Source: Acidobacteriota bacterium (GTDB lineage Bacteria; Acidobacteriota; UBA6911; RPQK01; JAJDTT01). Taken from it: a stretch of 64,000 nucleotides of DNA. The position numbers and the translations under genes are program-made. The stretch covers positions 4,601,762-4,665,761 of the forward strand of contig OZ246889.1 of assembly GCA_965231825.1 (NCBI GenBank), written 5' to 3'. Under the pieces are notes generated by a model that was given only the letters and a program-made list of their open reading frames with translations, made no database searches and was not told the origin of the DNA. Below are positions 39,996 to 49,741 of the stretch, one piece after another (position 1 is the stretch's first letter; each line of letters begins with the position of its first letter).

Positions 39996-40943
39996 GGTGA
40001 GAACCTCCTGAAAAGAGGCTCTACCACGACGAGAATTATGTTGCCAATCCTCGTACGAACCTGTTTGTTCTCAATATGTTGGATCTGGTCCACAACATAA
40101 TCGGATCCGCAACATAATACCTCTTATGTTGTCAACAACATAAGAGGTAGCAGTACCGTTTGTAATATCCGTGGAAGTATCGTCCCTCCTGCTTGCCGTG
40201 CAGCGGATCGTCCGTGGCGTCCACGTCCAGGATCACCTCCTCCGGCGGCTCCGGGTGCGCCTCCACGAACACGTCCAGCAGGAGGGCGTCCATCCCCGCC
40301 GGGTCGGACACGATCTTCTTGTACACTCCCTCCGGTCCCTCCAACGGGGTCCGCTCCAACCGGTTCAGGGTGCTCTTGCCTGCCAGCGGCTTCCCTCGAT
40401 CCGACTCCAGGCGCCGAAACTCCCCCGTCAGGTCGTCTCGATCGCACAGCAGCGCCAACAGCCGGTCCCGGCACAACTCGTCGTGGTCGTTGAGGTCCTC
40501 GTAGCCCAGGCACAGCGCCAAGACCCGCTGCTTGATCAACGCTTCGACGGAATGCTCGATCCGATCCGGATCCCGATGGTCGGTGAAGCACTCGCTGAGC
40601 CGACCCAGAATCCGGGTCCGTTGCTCCACTTCGCGCAGGAGGATGCCCCCGGCGTCGGAGGTGATCTCGCCGCCGTCGAACCGGCCCACGACGTTGCGTC
40701 CATCCAGGCCCTGAAAAAGCAACTTAGTTCTGGTACACTCTGCGGTCATAAGGTCGTGCTCCTGTGGTTCTGTAAGTGGTTGTTGATAAAGCACTTATAC
40801 CACAGAACACGACCTTTATCTATCTTTCTATTGAGATTTCCGGGCTAGATGCAATCATAGCAATTTGGGCCCGTTCAGGCCGGCTTTCTTCTCAACTTTG
40901 TGGGACAACAATGACAGGCAATATGCTGAGCCAACCCTGCTAA

Positions 40944-41745
40944 CCCGCATTTCTCATCACCGAGGCGATAGTCGGTTAGTTTATCAGCATTTCAGTGGTT
41001 TTCTTATCCAAATGAATTCGAGAGCCCTCCTGCCGACTCGAATGCGGTGACGAAAGCCGAAATCCGGCGATGTCCAGGGGCATTTGACCTCCCACCGGCA
41101 CTCATGAGCGACGTTTCTCCCCAAAGAGCCGACTCCAGGGCAGAGTCCGTCCCACGGACTCCCAGCAGGGCGTCTGCCATAGGGCTGGTTCTCGCTAACA
41201 GCGAAGAGGATGGGCTTGCACTTGCGCCAGAACCGTCTGCAACAACGCCGCATGGGGGTAGCTCTCGGAAAACGACAGCCAGACCTTGCGCGTCGTGACC
41301 CGGACCTGGGCTCCGATCTTCAGCAATCTCACCCGCAGGGTCCAGCTTTGCGCCCGCGCCCACTTCGTCCCCGCCAGCCCCACCCGCCGCAACGTCTCCA
41401 GCATCAGGTAGCCGAACGCCGAGAAGTACAAACGCAGTTGATTCGCCGCCAGCTTCCGGGTCGACGTGCGGTCCGCAAACAGACCGAGCTGCTGTTCCTT
41501 GATCCGGTTCTCCATGTCTCCTCGCGCGCAGTAGACCTCCTCGTACAATCGTTGCCCCTCGCATTCCTGGACCGGGACCGATGTCACGATGAACCGCGGG
41601 TTCTTTCCCCGGGGCAAGTGCTCCACCTTCGCCACCACCCGGCGCTCGCACGACCACGTGTCCCGCGTCTGGTAGCGTAGTTCCTGAAACTGTCTCACCG
41701 CCTTCCCGATCGCACCCTGCAACTGCCGGACGGTCTCCATCCGGA
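40944..41745 (-). mobile_element. IS1380-family 3' remnant (second copy)
   Basis: ORF 41195-41740 resembles the C-terminus at 35875-36651; end CCCGCATTTCTCA. Confidence 0.85.
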
Positions 41746-41768
41746 TCGTCTCAGCGCGCCGAAAAAAA

Positions 41769-41793
41769 AGAGTAGGTGACTGTCCCCTCCTCC
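41769..41793. repeat. GACAGTC-family hairpin between IS fragments
   Basis: AGAGTAGGTGACTGTCCCCTCCTCC. Confidence 0.55.
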
Positions 41794-42125
41794 ACTGCGA
41801 GATACCGGAGGCAACAGAGAACTCGGTATTCTTGATGAGGTGAGTGGAGATCGCACGGTAGACGACGCCCAGGACTTAGCTCAGCACCAAGCGCTGGGCA
41901 GCAAACAGGAAGGGCAGCGGTTGGGGAAGGTGAGCACCGACCATCAAATGGGCAGTTTCCGCAGGACAGGGTCCACGAGGTGTACAGCGCTCTCCGCTCT
42001 CGACCATCCAATATGCACCACACGACGGGCAGAAGCCGCGTCGTTTGCAGGAAAAAGCCAACAGATGCTCGTGACTGCGGCGTTGCACTTGACGGGCAGA
42101 AGGGCGTTCTCGAGCAGGGCGGGAG
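41794..42125 (-). pseudogene. IS91-family transposase zinc-binding remnant
   Basis: HEHLLAFSCKRRGFCPSCGA. Confidence 0.75.
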
Positions 42126-42217
42126 AGTTATAGAGGTCCCGTAATGACGAGACTCAACACCTAAAACCTGAATCGAACCATATTAATCAGCGAAAACCTG
42201 TTTGCTTAGATACGACC

Positions 42218-43165
42218 ATGTTTAGAACACAACACCTGTTGGATGCCATAGACGCATCTGGACACGCGAAGATGCAAAAAGAGTTTTGGCGTGCGCGCCT
42301 AATGGACCCAGATCAAACGTTCTTTGACCAGTTTTCACAACCGCCACAGGTGCTATACAAATACATCCCTGCACATCGATTGGACCATGCTCTGCCTGAC
42401 GAGAAGCCGTGTTCTTTCCGCGCCACGCCGCCCAACGAATTAAACGACATCAATGAGATCAATTTCAAAACCTCGTTCGTTGATGACGAGAGGAATCGCG
42501 AGAAGATCAATCGAGAATATGCTTTAACCCTGACGGAACTATTCCCAACATCGCCAATTTCTGTCGATGATGTGGAAAAATATCGCCAGAAAAATCCTTT
42601 TGGGTATGGAGCCGAACTGACCTGCGACCAGTTGTCGAAACGATACGGAGTCACATCATTTTCGATTAGGAAAAATGATGTGAAAATGTGGTCGCATTAC
42701 GCTGACGATTGCAGAGGCGTTGTCATTGGCTACAACGTCAACCTTTGGGTGCAGCACCTATTTGGCACTTCGATAATCAGACAGGTGAAATATGCGGATG
42801 ACCTTCCTTTAGTTATGGGTCCGCGCGTTGTCAACCAAGAAAACGCATATGCATTCATGTCGAGCAAAGGAGCCGCTTGGGAGTATGAACGAGAGTGGCG
42901 CTTGATTACCCAATTGTCGAAAACACAGCAGTCTGGAAAGGATGTTGCGGTCATTACCGTCCCTCAAGAATCTGTGTCGTCCATCCTTATCACTGATCGC
43001 ACTTCGCAGGACACAGTGGACATCATTGTTCGGCGGCTGAACAATCCGTCGAACGACTACCGAATATGGCGGATTGACAAGATGCAAAGAGGGCGCGATG
43101 CCACCACATTAGCCTTCATCGGACAGATGAAAACGCGCGCTCAACGCAGCATTCAGACGGCGTGA
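42218..43165 (+). CDS. DUF2971-domain protein
   Basis: LYKY, LND, MWSHYA...GV.IGY, V.Y, K...WEYEREWR. Confidence 0.75.
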   Translation: MFRTQHLLDAIDASGHAKMQKEFWRARLMDPDQTFFDQFSQPPQVLYKYIPAHRLDHALPDEKPCSFRATPPNELNDINEINFKTSFVDDERNREKINREYALTLTELFPTSPISVDDVEKYRQKNPFGYGAELTCDQLSKRYGVTSFSIRKNDVKMWSHYADDCRGVVIGYNVNLWVQHLFGTSIIRQVKYADDLPLVMGPRVVNQENAYAFMSSKGAAWEYEREWRLITQLSKTQQSGKDVAVITVPQESVSSILITDRTSQDTVDIIVRRLNNPSNDYRIWRIDKMQRGRDATTLAFIGQMKTRAQRSIQTA

Positions 43166-43329
43166 CGGATTTCGTCAACGCATCCAATTTGGACACGGCA
43201 AGAGACGACCTCGTAGTGGTACCTGACCCGCGCGGGAGCGGCTCCGGGACGGCGTCCGGATGGGTTCGAAGCCGCCGTTCGCAGCGGGCGAATTGCGTCC
43301 GCGATCTCGGCGGCGGTCCAACGGTCGAA

Positions 43330-43480
43330 GATGACCTCGCTCCCAGGGCCAGGCACACGAGAGTCCACTCGGCTTCGACCTTCTTCAGGCCCCGGAAGCT
43401 GAATCGTCGAAATCCCATCACTTCTTTGATCCAGTCGACAGGCGCCTGGATTGTCCCTCCATATCGCCGAGCCTCCGCCG
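43330..43480 (-). pseudogene. IS1182-like transposase C-terminal remnant
   Basis: WIKEVMGFRRFSFRGLKKVEAEWTLVCLA. Confidence 0.7.
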
Positions 43481-43564
43481 CCGGCTACAGAACCGTATGA
43501 GCATCATCCCATGCCAGCGGAACAACAGCCTACGACCTCGACGGCCTCGGCTTCTGCCTCGTAG

Positions 43565-44195
43565 GTGTTGGCCCAGCGTGCGACCTGCCGGGTGCACCAC
43601 GCCTTTCCTCACATCGGGAAGATGCCGATTGCGGAGGTGACGAGCGCCGACGTAATCGGGATCCTCGCTCCGATCTGGCACGACAAGGCACCCACGGGCC
43701 GGAAGCTGTGCCAGCGCATCCGCGCGGACCTGGAGTCGACCGTGGCGATGGATCTTCGGCCCGACAACCCATGTGACTGGATCGGCCCTGTGCTCGGCGG
43801 GCAGGGGAACGCCGTGCGTCACATGCGGGCGTTGCCTCACGGCAAAGTGGCATCCGCGCTCCGGACGGTGCGGGCATCGAACGCGCGGCCGGTGGCGAAG
43901 CTGGCGTTCGAGTTTCTGGTCCTGACGGCGACACGCTCCGGCGAGGTCCGTGGGGCTGGTTGGACGGAGATCGACCGGGACGAAGGGGTGTGGGCCATCC
44001 CCGGCGGACGCCGGGTTTCCGAAGACCCTCTTGCTCCACTCCTTCCGGGTCCTAGTGGTCACGGACCTGCTCAGCCAAAACCTGCCGCTTGAGGACGTCC
44101 AGCACTTGGCCAAGCACGACCATCCACGCATCACCCAGATCTATGATCGGAGGAGGCGCATTTCACGCACCTTCGCGAGTGGATCTCCGTCTGGA
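43565..44195 (+). pseudogene. Fused tyrosine integrase remnants (P4-like core plus a second integrase C-terminus)
   Basis: FLVLTATRSGEVRGA.W.EID..W.IP; then HSFRVLVVTDLL..EDVQHLA.H..PR.TQ.YDRR. Confidence 0.7.
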
Positions 44196-44208
44196 TGAAG
44201 TTCCCATG

Positions 44209-44231
44209 GGAGATGGTGACTGTCCTTCTCC
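44209..44231. repeat. GACAGTC-family hairpin at a transposase truncation
   Basis: GGAGATGGTGACTGTCCTTCTCC. Confidence 0.65.
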
Positions 44232-44474
44232 GCGCGCTGGTTGGAAACGGCCCTGATCTCCTGGGCGAGTCGGTGATCGGTCCATAGGCTAGAGAGTGGA
44301 AGTTGATTCTCCCGTTTTCGTCGCATGTTTCAAGTCCTCGGTTTTTCGTAAGTCTTTTTTTATCTTTTGTTTGGAACCGACAGATTAACAAACAACTATG
44401 ACAAGAGCAGGGCTTGAAAATGCTTTCTAACCCCCTATTCCCCAATTACTTTCGGCTTTCCGGATGAGATCTAG
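44232..44474 (-). pseudogene. 5' remnant of an IS (IS5/ISNCY-like) transposase
   Basis: MRRKRENQLPL..LW.DH.LAQE.RA.S, ending at the hairpin. Confidence 0.5.
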
Positions 44475-44640
44475 CTAGGCATCATATCAAATTATCCCGC
44501 AGAGGTTTCTACACGGACGGTCATGACGTGCCCCGTCATTCACTATGATGAAAGGGAACCTCCTGCCCGTGCGGAGAGGAGGGGCAGTCAGCAACGATTA
44601 ACGCGCAAAGGCCGTTTTGATGTGAGACAATGAGCACATT

Positions 44641-46440
44641 GTGAACATTGCGCCAACATCGATGAAGGTTGCGCAGTTGCTCAGCGCCGATGACGAGCAG
44701 TATGTCGTACCAGCCTACCAGCGCCGCTATTCGTGGCAGAAGAAGCAGCTCAGGGAACTAATTGAAGACATTAGTCTTCTTGAAGACTCCGACACGCATT
44801 TGCTCGGCAGCATTGTCTGTCTCACTGGTTACCATGGGGCCGGGATCAATAAACTCGAACTGGTCGACGGTCAACAGCGTCTCACCACGATCTGCATTCT
44901 TTTTCGATGTATTGCAGACCGCTTGATACAGGACGGTGAACGCAGATCAGGCGAAGATGTAAATCGTTTACTACAGGCGCGGGCTCGAGACGGGTCGCCG
45001 CCCGTCCGCAAGATTCTTTTGGATTCGCTCGATTCCGGGCAATTTGAAGAGCACTTGGCCGGCAATTCGCCGACAGAACCTGACAACAGAGATCTAGCGT
45101 TAGCGTTCGCTACATTGCGGCAGTGGATCTCAGAGAGGACACCGGCGGAGTTAAACGATTTTCTATATCGCCTCAAGAATCAGTGTCTCGTCATACGACT
45201 CGATGTCAGTGAGGCCAAGGACGCGTTCAAGCTTTTCGAGACCATCAACAATCGTGGCCTGAAGCTAAGCCCGGCAGATATTATCAAGAACTTCATCCTC
45301 GGCAATGCGGCACGGTTTGGCCGAGAAGCGCTGGAGATGGCACGTGGGAAGTGGGCCGACTTGCTGTGCCACCTAGACGGGACCAGCATCGAATCGTTTT
45401 TCCGCCATTTCCTTTGCGCACGACTTAAGCGCAGAATCACGATTTCCTATGTTATTCCGAATTTCAAATCCGTATTCATGCAAGAGGTCACAGAAGCAAC
45501 CAAGCTCCCTGAGCGTCGCTGGTATGTCGAAGAAGAACCGATACCTGAAGCGGAGGAAGATGAGGGCGAAGGCAGTGCTGAAGATAGCGATGAGGAAGCG
45601 GCAGCAAAAGCCGGACAAACGTCTACCGTTTCTTTTGCAGAATTTCTAGAGGACATCGTCAGAAGTTCGAAGATTTATGGTCAAATTGTCCATGCAAATA
45701 CTGGGAACTCGTCAATTGACCGTCGCTTAACAAACCTGCGCAGGATCAATTTCGTTCAAAGCTACGGTTTCTTGATGGCATTGTACGCCGGAGAATGCAG
45801 CGATGAGGACTTCGACAAGGTTCTGGCAGTGACCGAAGCGTTCCTTCTTCGGCGCCACATATGCCGGGAACGAGCGAACGAGAACGAAACATTGTTCTCG
45901 AAGATGTGCGGCATCGGAAAATCGAATCCATTGCCGGACGTCATCGATTCATTCCGTCGTCTCTGTCCCACAGACGACAAATTCCGATATGAGTTCGCCA
46001 ACTTCCATTTCAGGTCCAGTTTGATCGAGCGTGCCCGTTACTGCCTTGAGCAGTTCGAGTTAAACGAACACGGAAAATATTCGGAATTACTCGTGGCCGG
46101 TCCAGACAATGTCCACGTGGAGCACATTATTCCGATCAAGATCAAGACAAAGAAGGCACAGGATGAATTTGGAGACTGGCCCGGGTACCTTGGTGAGGGA
46201 GCAGAAACGAAACATCCAGACTTCGTCTCAAGGATTGGTAACCTGACGCTGTTCGCGGGGCCGCTGAATATAGGAGCATCCAACAATCCCTATAGTCGGA
46301 AAAAGACCGCGTACCTACGCTCTTCCCTTAGCCTAACGAAAACGCTACCGAGCAAATTTCCCGAGTTCGGTTTTGGGCAAGTTGAACAGCGTTCCGTCAA
46401 TTTCGCTGGTCTGGCGGTGACGCTCTGGTCAGTCCCTTGA
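44641..46440 (+). CDS. GmrSD-family (DUF262 + DUF1524/HNH) type IV restriction endonuclease
   Basis: VPAYQRRYSW, VDGQQRLTT, FETINNRG, VEHIIP, IGNLTL..N. Confidence 0.9.
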   Translation: MNIAPTSMKVAQLLSADDEQYVVPAYQRRYSWQKKQLRELIEDISLLEDSDTHLLGSIVCLTGYHGAGINKLELVDGQQRLTTICILFRCIADRLIQDGERRSGEDVNRLLQARARDGSPPVRKILLDSLDSGQFEEHLAGNSPTEPDNRDLALAFATLRQWISERTPAELNDFLYRLKNQCLVIRLDVSEAKDAFKLFETINNRGLKLSPADIIKNFILGNAARFGREALEMARGKWADLLCHLDGTSIESFFRHFLCARLKRRITISYVIPNFKSVFMQEVTEATKLPERRWYVEEEPIPEAEEDEGEGSAEDSDEEAAAKAGQTSTVSFAEFLEDIVRSSKIYGQIVHANTGNSSIDRRLTNLRRINFVQSYGFLMALYAGECSDEDFDKVLAVTEAFLLRRHICRERANENETLFSKMCGIGKSNPLPDVIDSFRRLCPTDDKFRYEFANFHFRSSLIERARYCLEQFELNEHGKYSELLVAGPDNVHVEHIIPIKIKTKKAQDEFGDWPGYLGEGAETKHPDFVSRIGNLTLFAGPLNIGASNNPYSRKKTAYLRSSLSLTKTLPSKFPEFGFGQVEQRSVNFAGLAVTLWSVP

Positions 46441-46441
46441 G

Positions 46442-46675
46442 TTGCAAATAGACTTCCGTATCGCCGACACTTATGCAGACAGGCTCACACTCCTGACTGA
46501 CCATGAGCAGAAGGCTGTGAAGATGACTGCGTTCGACCTGCGACACAATCCCGCCAACCCCGGCGTGAGCTTCGACAGGCTCAACAAGACCAAAGATAAG
46601 AACTTCTGTATGGTGCGGTTAGCAGCAGGAACTATAGCGAATACAAATTTACTGAGCTATTCCCCCGAAGGATAG
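46442..46675 (+). pseudogene. N-terminal remnant of a RelE-like/UvrD helicase fusion protein
   Basis: DFRIADT....L..LT..EQKAVK.TAFDL..NPANPG.SF..L.K.KDKNF; stops prematurely. Confidence 0.6.
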
Positions 46676-46846
46676 AGCCGGACGACAGCCGTCCGGTTTG
46701 GGATTTTACCCTACGGCTTGAATTCCGGCCATAGACTTGCACTTACACTATGGGAGCCGCCATTCCTCCTAAAGAATTTCAACCAGCGGCGGCTCCCACA
46801 AGTCGTGATACACTGCATCGACCCACTCTACTAGAACGAGTCGCAT

Positions 46847-46993
46847 CTACTTCTTCTTTTTTCGATGCTTTCCAGGACTTTGTGCGAGTGCAGCACCGGC
46901 GAGGCTTTTCGCTCTCTTGGAGGCCCTGGGGTCTCTGAGTGTTCTGGCCGCTTCACTGGCAACTCGCTTCGACGTCGTCTTTTTATGGCCCAT
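46847..46993 (-). CDS. 48-aa basic small protein (below ORF-track cutoff)
   Basis: MGHKKTTSKRVASEAARTLRDPRASKRAKSLAGAALAQSPGKHRKKKK with GGGAGGTG RBS. Confidence 0.7.
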   Translation of the reverse strand: MGHKKTTSKRVASEAARTLRDPRASKRAKSLAGAALAQSPGKHRKKKK

Positions 46994-47078
46994 TGGTCTC
47001 ACCTCCCGTCACTCGCTGGAATGTAACAGAAGGGGCTGTCGTTAACGCGCAACCACGTCAGATGAGCCGTATAATATC

Positions 47079-47333
47079 ATGACCATGAATCGAGATATGG
47101 ACCTGATTTGTCAAATTCTCAAATACGCCCGAGACAATGCAACTGGGAGAGGAATCCAGGCTCCTGTTATCCCAGACGTATCCGAAGAGGCGTTGCATTA
47201 CCACATCGGGCTTTGTGAGGAGGCCGGATACCTCAAAGTCATACCTCGGCAGACCATTGGCAGCCTACCTCGCTTCGCTATCCTCAATTTGACTTGGGAC
47301 GGCCACGATTTTTTGGAACACACCTGCGGGTGA
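47079..47333 (+). CDS. DUF2513-domain protein
   Basis: RDMDL...IL..YH...C.EAGYL..LTWDGHDFLE; TATAAT just upstream. Confidence 0.75.
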   Translation: MTMNRDMDLICQILKYARDNATGRGIQAPVIPDVSEEALHYHIGLCEEAGYLKVIPRQTIGSLPRFAILNLTWDGHDFLEHTCG

Positions 47334-47689
47334 TTGTAGTTGGCATACCCGTAATTCTGTCTTGGTCCAAGATTCAGCTTGATTCCCCAGATTGCCGCCA
47401 AGGGCTTGACGGCTTCTCCCGGTTCCTGATATCAGTTAATGGACTTTGAATTCACGCCAATTTCAGTTAACGAGCGTAGACTAACTTGGAAGGAATACCA
47501 CCACAGAAGACCTGCTCCGCCTTGAAAAGCCGTCCATGACGGGGCAGCGTGGCCAGTTTCCGGAAATTTCTACCACTCGATGGCGCCTTTCCTCGCATAC
47601 TACCCCCACGGAGATCAGAAACATTTTGATCAGGCGAGTGTCGGGCGCGGGATCCAGGATCGGTTAGAGGGCTTCACCGAACAGATGCG

Positions 47690-49030
47690 ATGTCACGGAG
47701 AAACGTGCGGATGAGAAACGACATGGATCGCGCTGAGATAACCTTCAGGCCCTATGTCGGCGTTGGGCGGGATAGGCTGCCGAGCGCGACGCTACGGCAC
47801 TATCGTAATCTTCGGCGGCACAGAAGCACGATACTTGAGGGCGTCCGGCGGATCGCCGTGCGCAACATCAATCATCTGACGCGGACGATGAACCGCTTGG
47901 GCATCCAGGATCTGCGCCGAGAGGGAGATGCCAAAGCGGTGTTCAACGTGCTGTTTGAAGAGCAGGGAATGGGAGCGGATGTGAACAGTCGTCCTATGGT
48001 GGACTACATCAACATGATTCCCTGGGAGATGTATTTATGTCTGCTCTATGTCGAGCTGGAAAGCTACCGCTCGGCGTCAAGACGGGATCCCAGTCTTGCA
48101 TTCGGTCCGCTTGAGGAGTTGTTCGACTCGAAGAGCGCCGCCATCGAGGACCTGAAGACCGTTCGTGACAAGGTCCTGCACCCGGTCAAAGGCATTGAGC
48201 TTGGGGATGCACTCGACAGCTTCATGGAAGCAGGCGCACGTTTCGACGGTCACTACTTCAAGCTGGTGTTCGACGCACAACGACGACTGGACGCATACTG
48301 TTCTTGGCTGCGGGCATCGTTGTCTAGGTTGGTTGCCATCGAGCGCGCGGCCGCCGCCAGCCCGTCGGGGCAACAGCGCGGCATGGCGGCGAAGCTACAG
48401 ATGGCCAAGGCAGCCCTGTCCGGCCCATTACCTCAATTCATCGGGGAGCGCGACGATGGTGCATTGCAGACGCCGTTCGATCTCCGCAAGTGGCTCATAC
48501 TCGGGTTGAATCAGGCTGGGGATGGACGAAGCGGACTGAGCTATCCGGCTTTCCTTCGGAGAGCGAAAACGGACTGCAATCGGATGCTAATGCGGTCGCT
48601 CGTGTTCTTGAACGAGTTCGTACACTTGATTGACTTCCAGAAGCTGCGAGCTGTTAGGACGCGAGCAGAGCTTGATGCCCACGAACCATTCGAATTCCTC
48701 GAGGCGGAGACATCAACCATGACCGAGCAGCAGATCGAGGACCTGCACGCCCCGGTGAGGGTAAGCAATGCGCTGCTCGCCGAACCGCTACGACTTTACT
48801 TCCAGGCGGTGAAGGAGGCACCGTCGCTGCGTGATCGGGCGCTGGAGGAGATCGCGGGAGCGGGACCCATGTCGCCAGTGCTGGGCCGGTACAGGAATAT
48901 AGTCTTTCACGTCGGCTCGGACGGCGCCGATCCGACCAAGTCGGAGCTCGAATTCCTGGAGCAGATGGAGGAAGCGATGAACTCGCTATCGCTGCTGCCG
49001 CGGCTACTGAGTTTCTTCATGACAGTTTGA
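47690..49030 (+). CDS. Hypothetical helical protein with two RxxxxH (HEPN-like) motifs
   Basis: 446-aa ORF with VRDKVLHP and YRNIVFHV. Confidence 0.65.
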   Translation: MSRRNVRMRNDMDRAEITFRPYVGVGRDRLPSATLRHYRNLRRHRSTILEGVRRIAVRNINHLTRTMNRLGIQDLRREGDAKAVFNVLFEEQGMGADVNSRPMVDYINMIPWEMYLCLLYVELESYRSASRRDPSLAFGPLEELFDSKSAAIEDLKTVRDKVLHPVKGIELGDALDSFMEAGARFDGHYFKLVFDAQRRLDAYCSWLRASLSRLVAIERAAAASPSGQQRGMAAKLQMAKAALSGPLPQFIGERDDGALQTPFDLRKWLILGLNQAGDGRSGLSYPAFLRRAKTDCNRMLMRSLVFLNEFVHLIDFQKLRAVRTRAELDAHEPFEFLEAETSTMTEQQIEDLHAPVRVSNALLAEPLRLYFQAVKEAPSLRDRALEEIAGAGPMSPVLGRYRNIVFHVGSDGADPTKSELEFLEQMEEAMNSLSLLPRLLSFFMTV

Positions 49031-49319
49031 GCGGTCGGGAATAACGAGTGTGGGTGTAAATCGCCGAAAATTGCCAATTTCGGGTTGGAGTTGTTTCACT
49101 AGGATCAATTTGCATCGTTCTTTCTGGGCAGGGTTTGTGCATCTCAAGTATGCGTGAGGAGGCCGAGCGAATTGCGAACCGTATCGCGGGCGAGCTCTTC
49201 AGGGGCTGGGTGGAGCGCTCGTCCCCCGTAGACAGGGACCCTCCTCACTACTCCTCTCCCAATAGCGACATGAAGCGGCGTGACCACCGCAGGAAACGGG
49301 AGGCCAAGGGACTGGTTCA

Positions 49320-49347
49320 GACTACGATAAAGTATATTATCGTACTC
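49320..49347. other. dif-like tyrosine-recombinase core site
   Basis: GACTACGATAA-AGTATA-TTATCGTACTC: 11-6-11 layout, arms 10/11 inverted. Confidence 0.6.
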
Positions 49348-49741
49348 TGAGTGGCCGCCTCATACGTATTCACCGCCTGTTTCGTCAAATTATAAAGTGG
49401 CTGAAAAGAACTCGTTGCCTCTCAAACAATTACCTTTAACGGAGGTCTGGTTTCGATTTTATCGAGGTCGAACTGGGGTCACACCAAAGCCACCACAAGT
49501 CGGTTCTTGATCTCCGGTCATTTATGGCCAGAAGCCGACTTCCGTCCATGAGAACCCTCGACGTCCAGTGTGGGGCCGGGTCACCCGAACGGGACGGAGC
49601 GGAGCGGTGCTAAATACTTGACCAAGCCCCGCTTTGGAAGTTCCCGTCGCTGCTACACGAGTCGCTCCCAACGCAATTACGTTTCGACCAGCGCGACTTC
49701 GGTCCGCGGGTCGTGAACCCGGCGCCAAATGCCGAGGTGTG

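Larger units (their letters stand above)
36688..40143 (-). mobile_element. RIT element (recombinase in trio)
   Basis: Three overlapping tyrosine recombinase genes; terminal IRs with paired TTATGTTG; GAGGTA duplicated in the target. Confidence 0.92.
35636..40844 (-). mobile_element. IS1380-family element interrupted by a RIT (transposase halves 40144-40749 and 35875-36687)
   Basis: FDGGEITSDAG, LDVDATDD.LHG.QE, YCARG.MENRIKE; halves rejoin as YCYL|PLYVFCG; IRs CCCGGAAATCTCA / CCGCAATTTCTCA. Confidence 0.9.

Noticed and set aside
44590-47700. Integron cassette array
   Set aside because: No integron integrase and no consistent attC structures recognisable; gene orientation is mixed.
47690-49735. 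Compact Cas13-like locus
   Set aside because: Two RxxxxH motifs are present but no repeat-spacer array is adjacent, and the protein is much smaller than Cas13.
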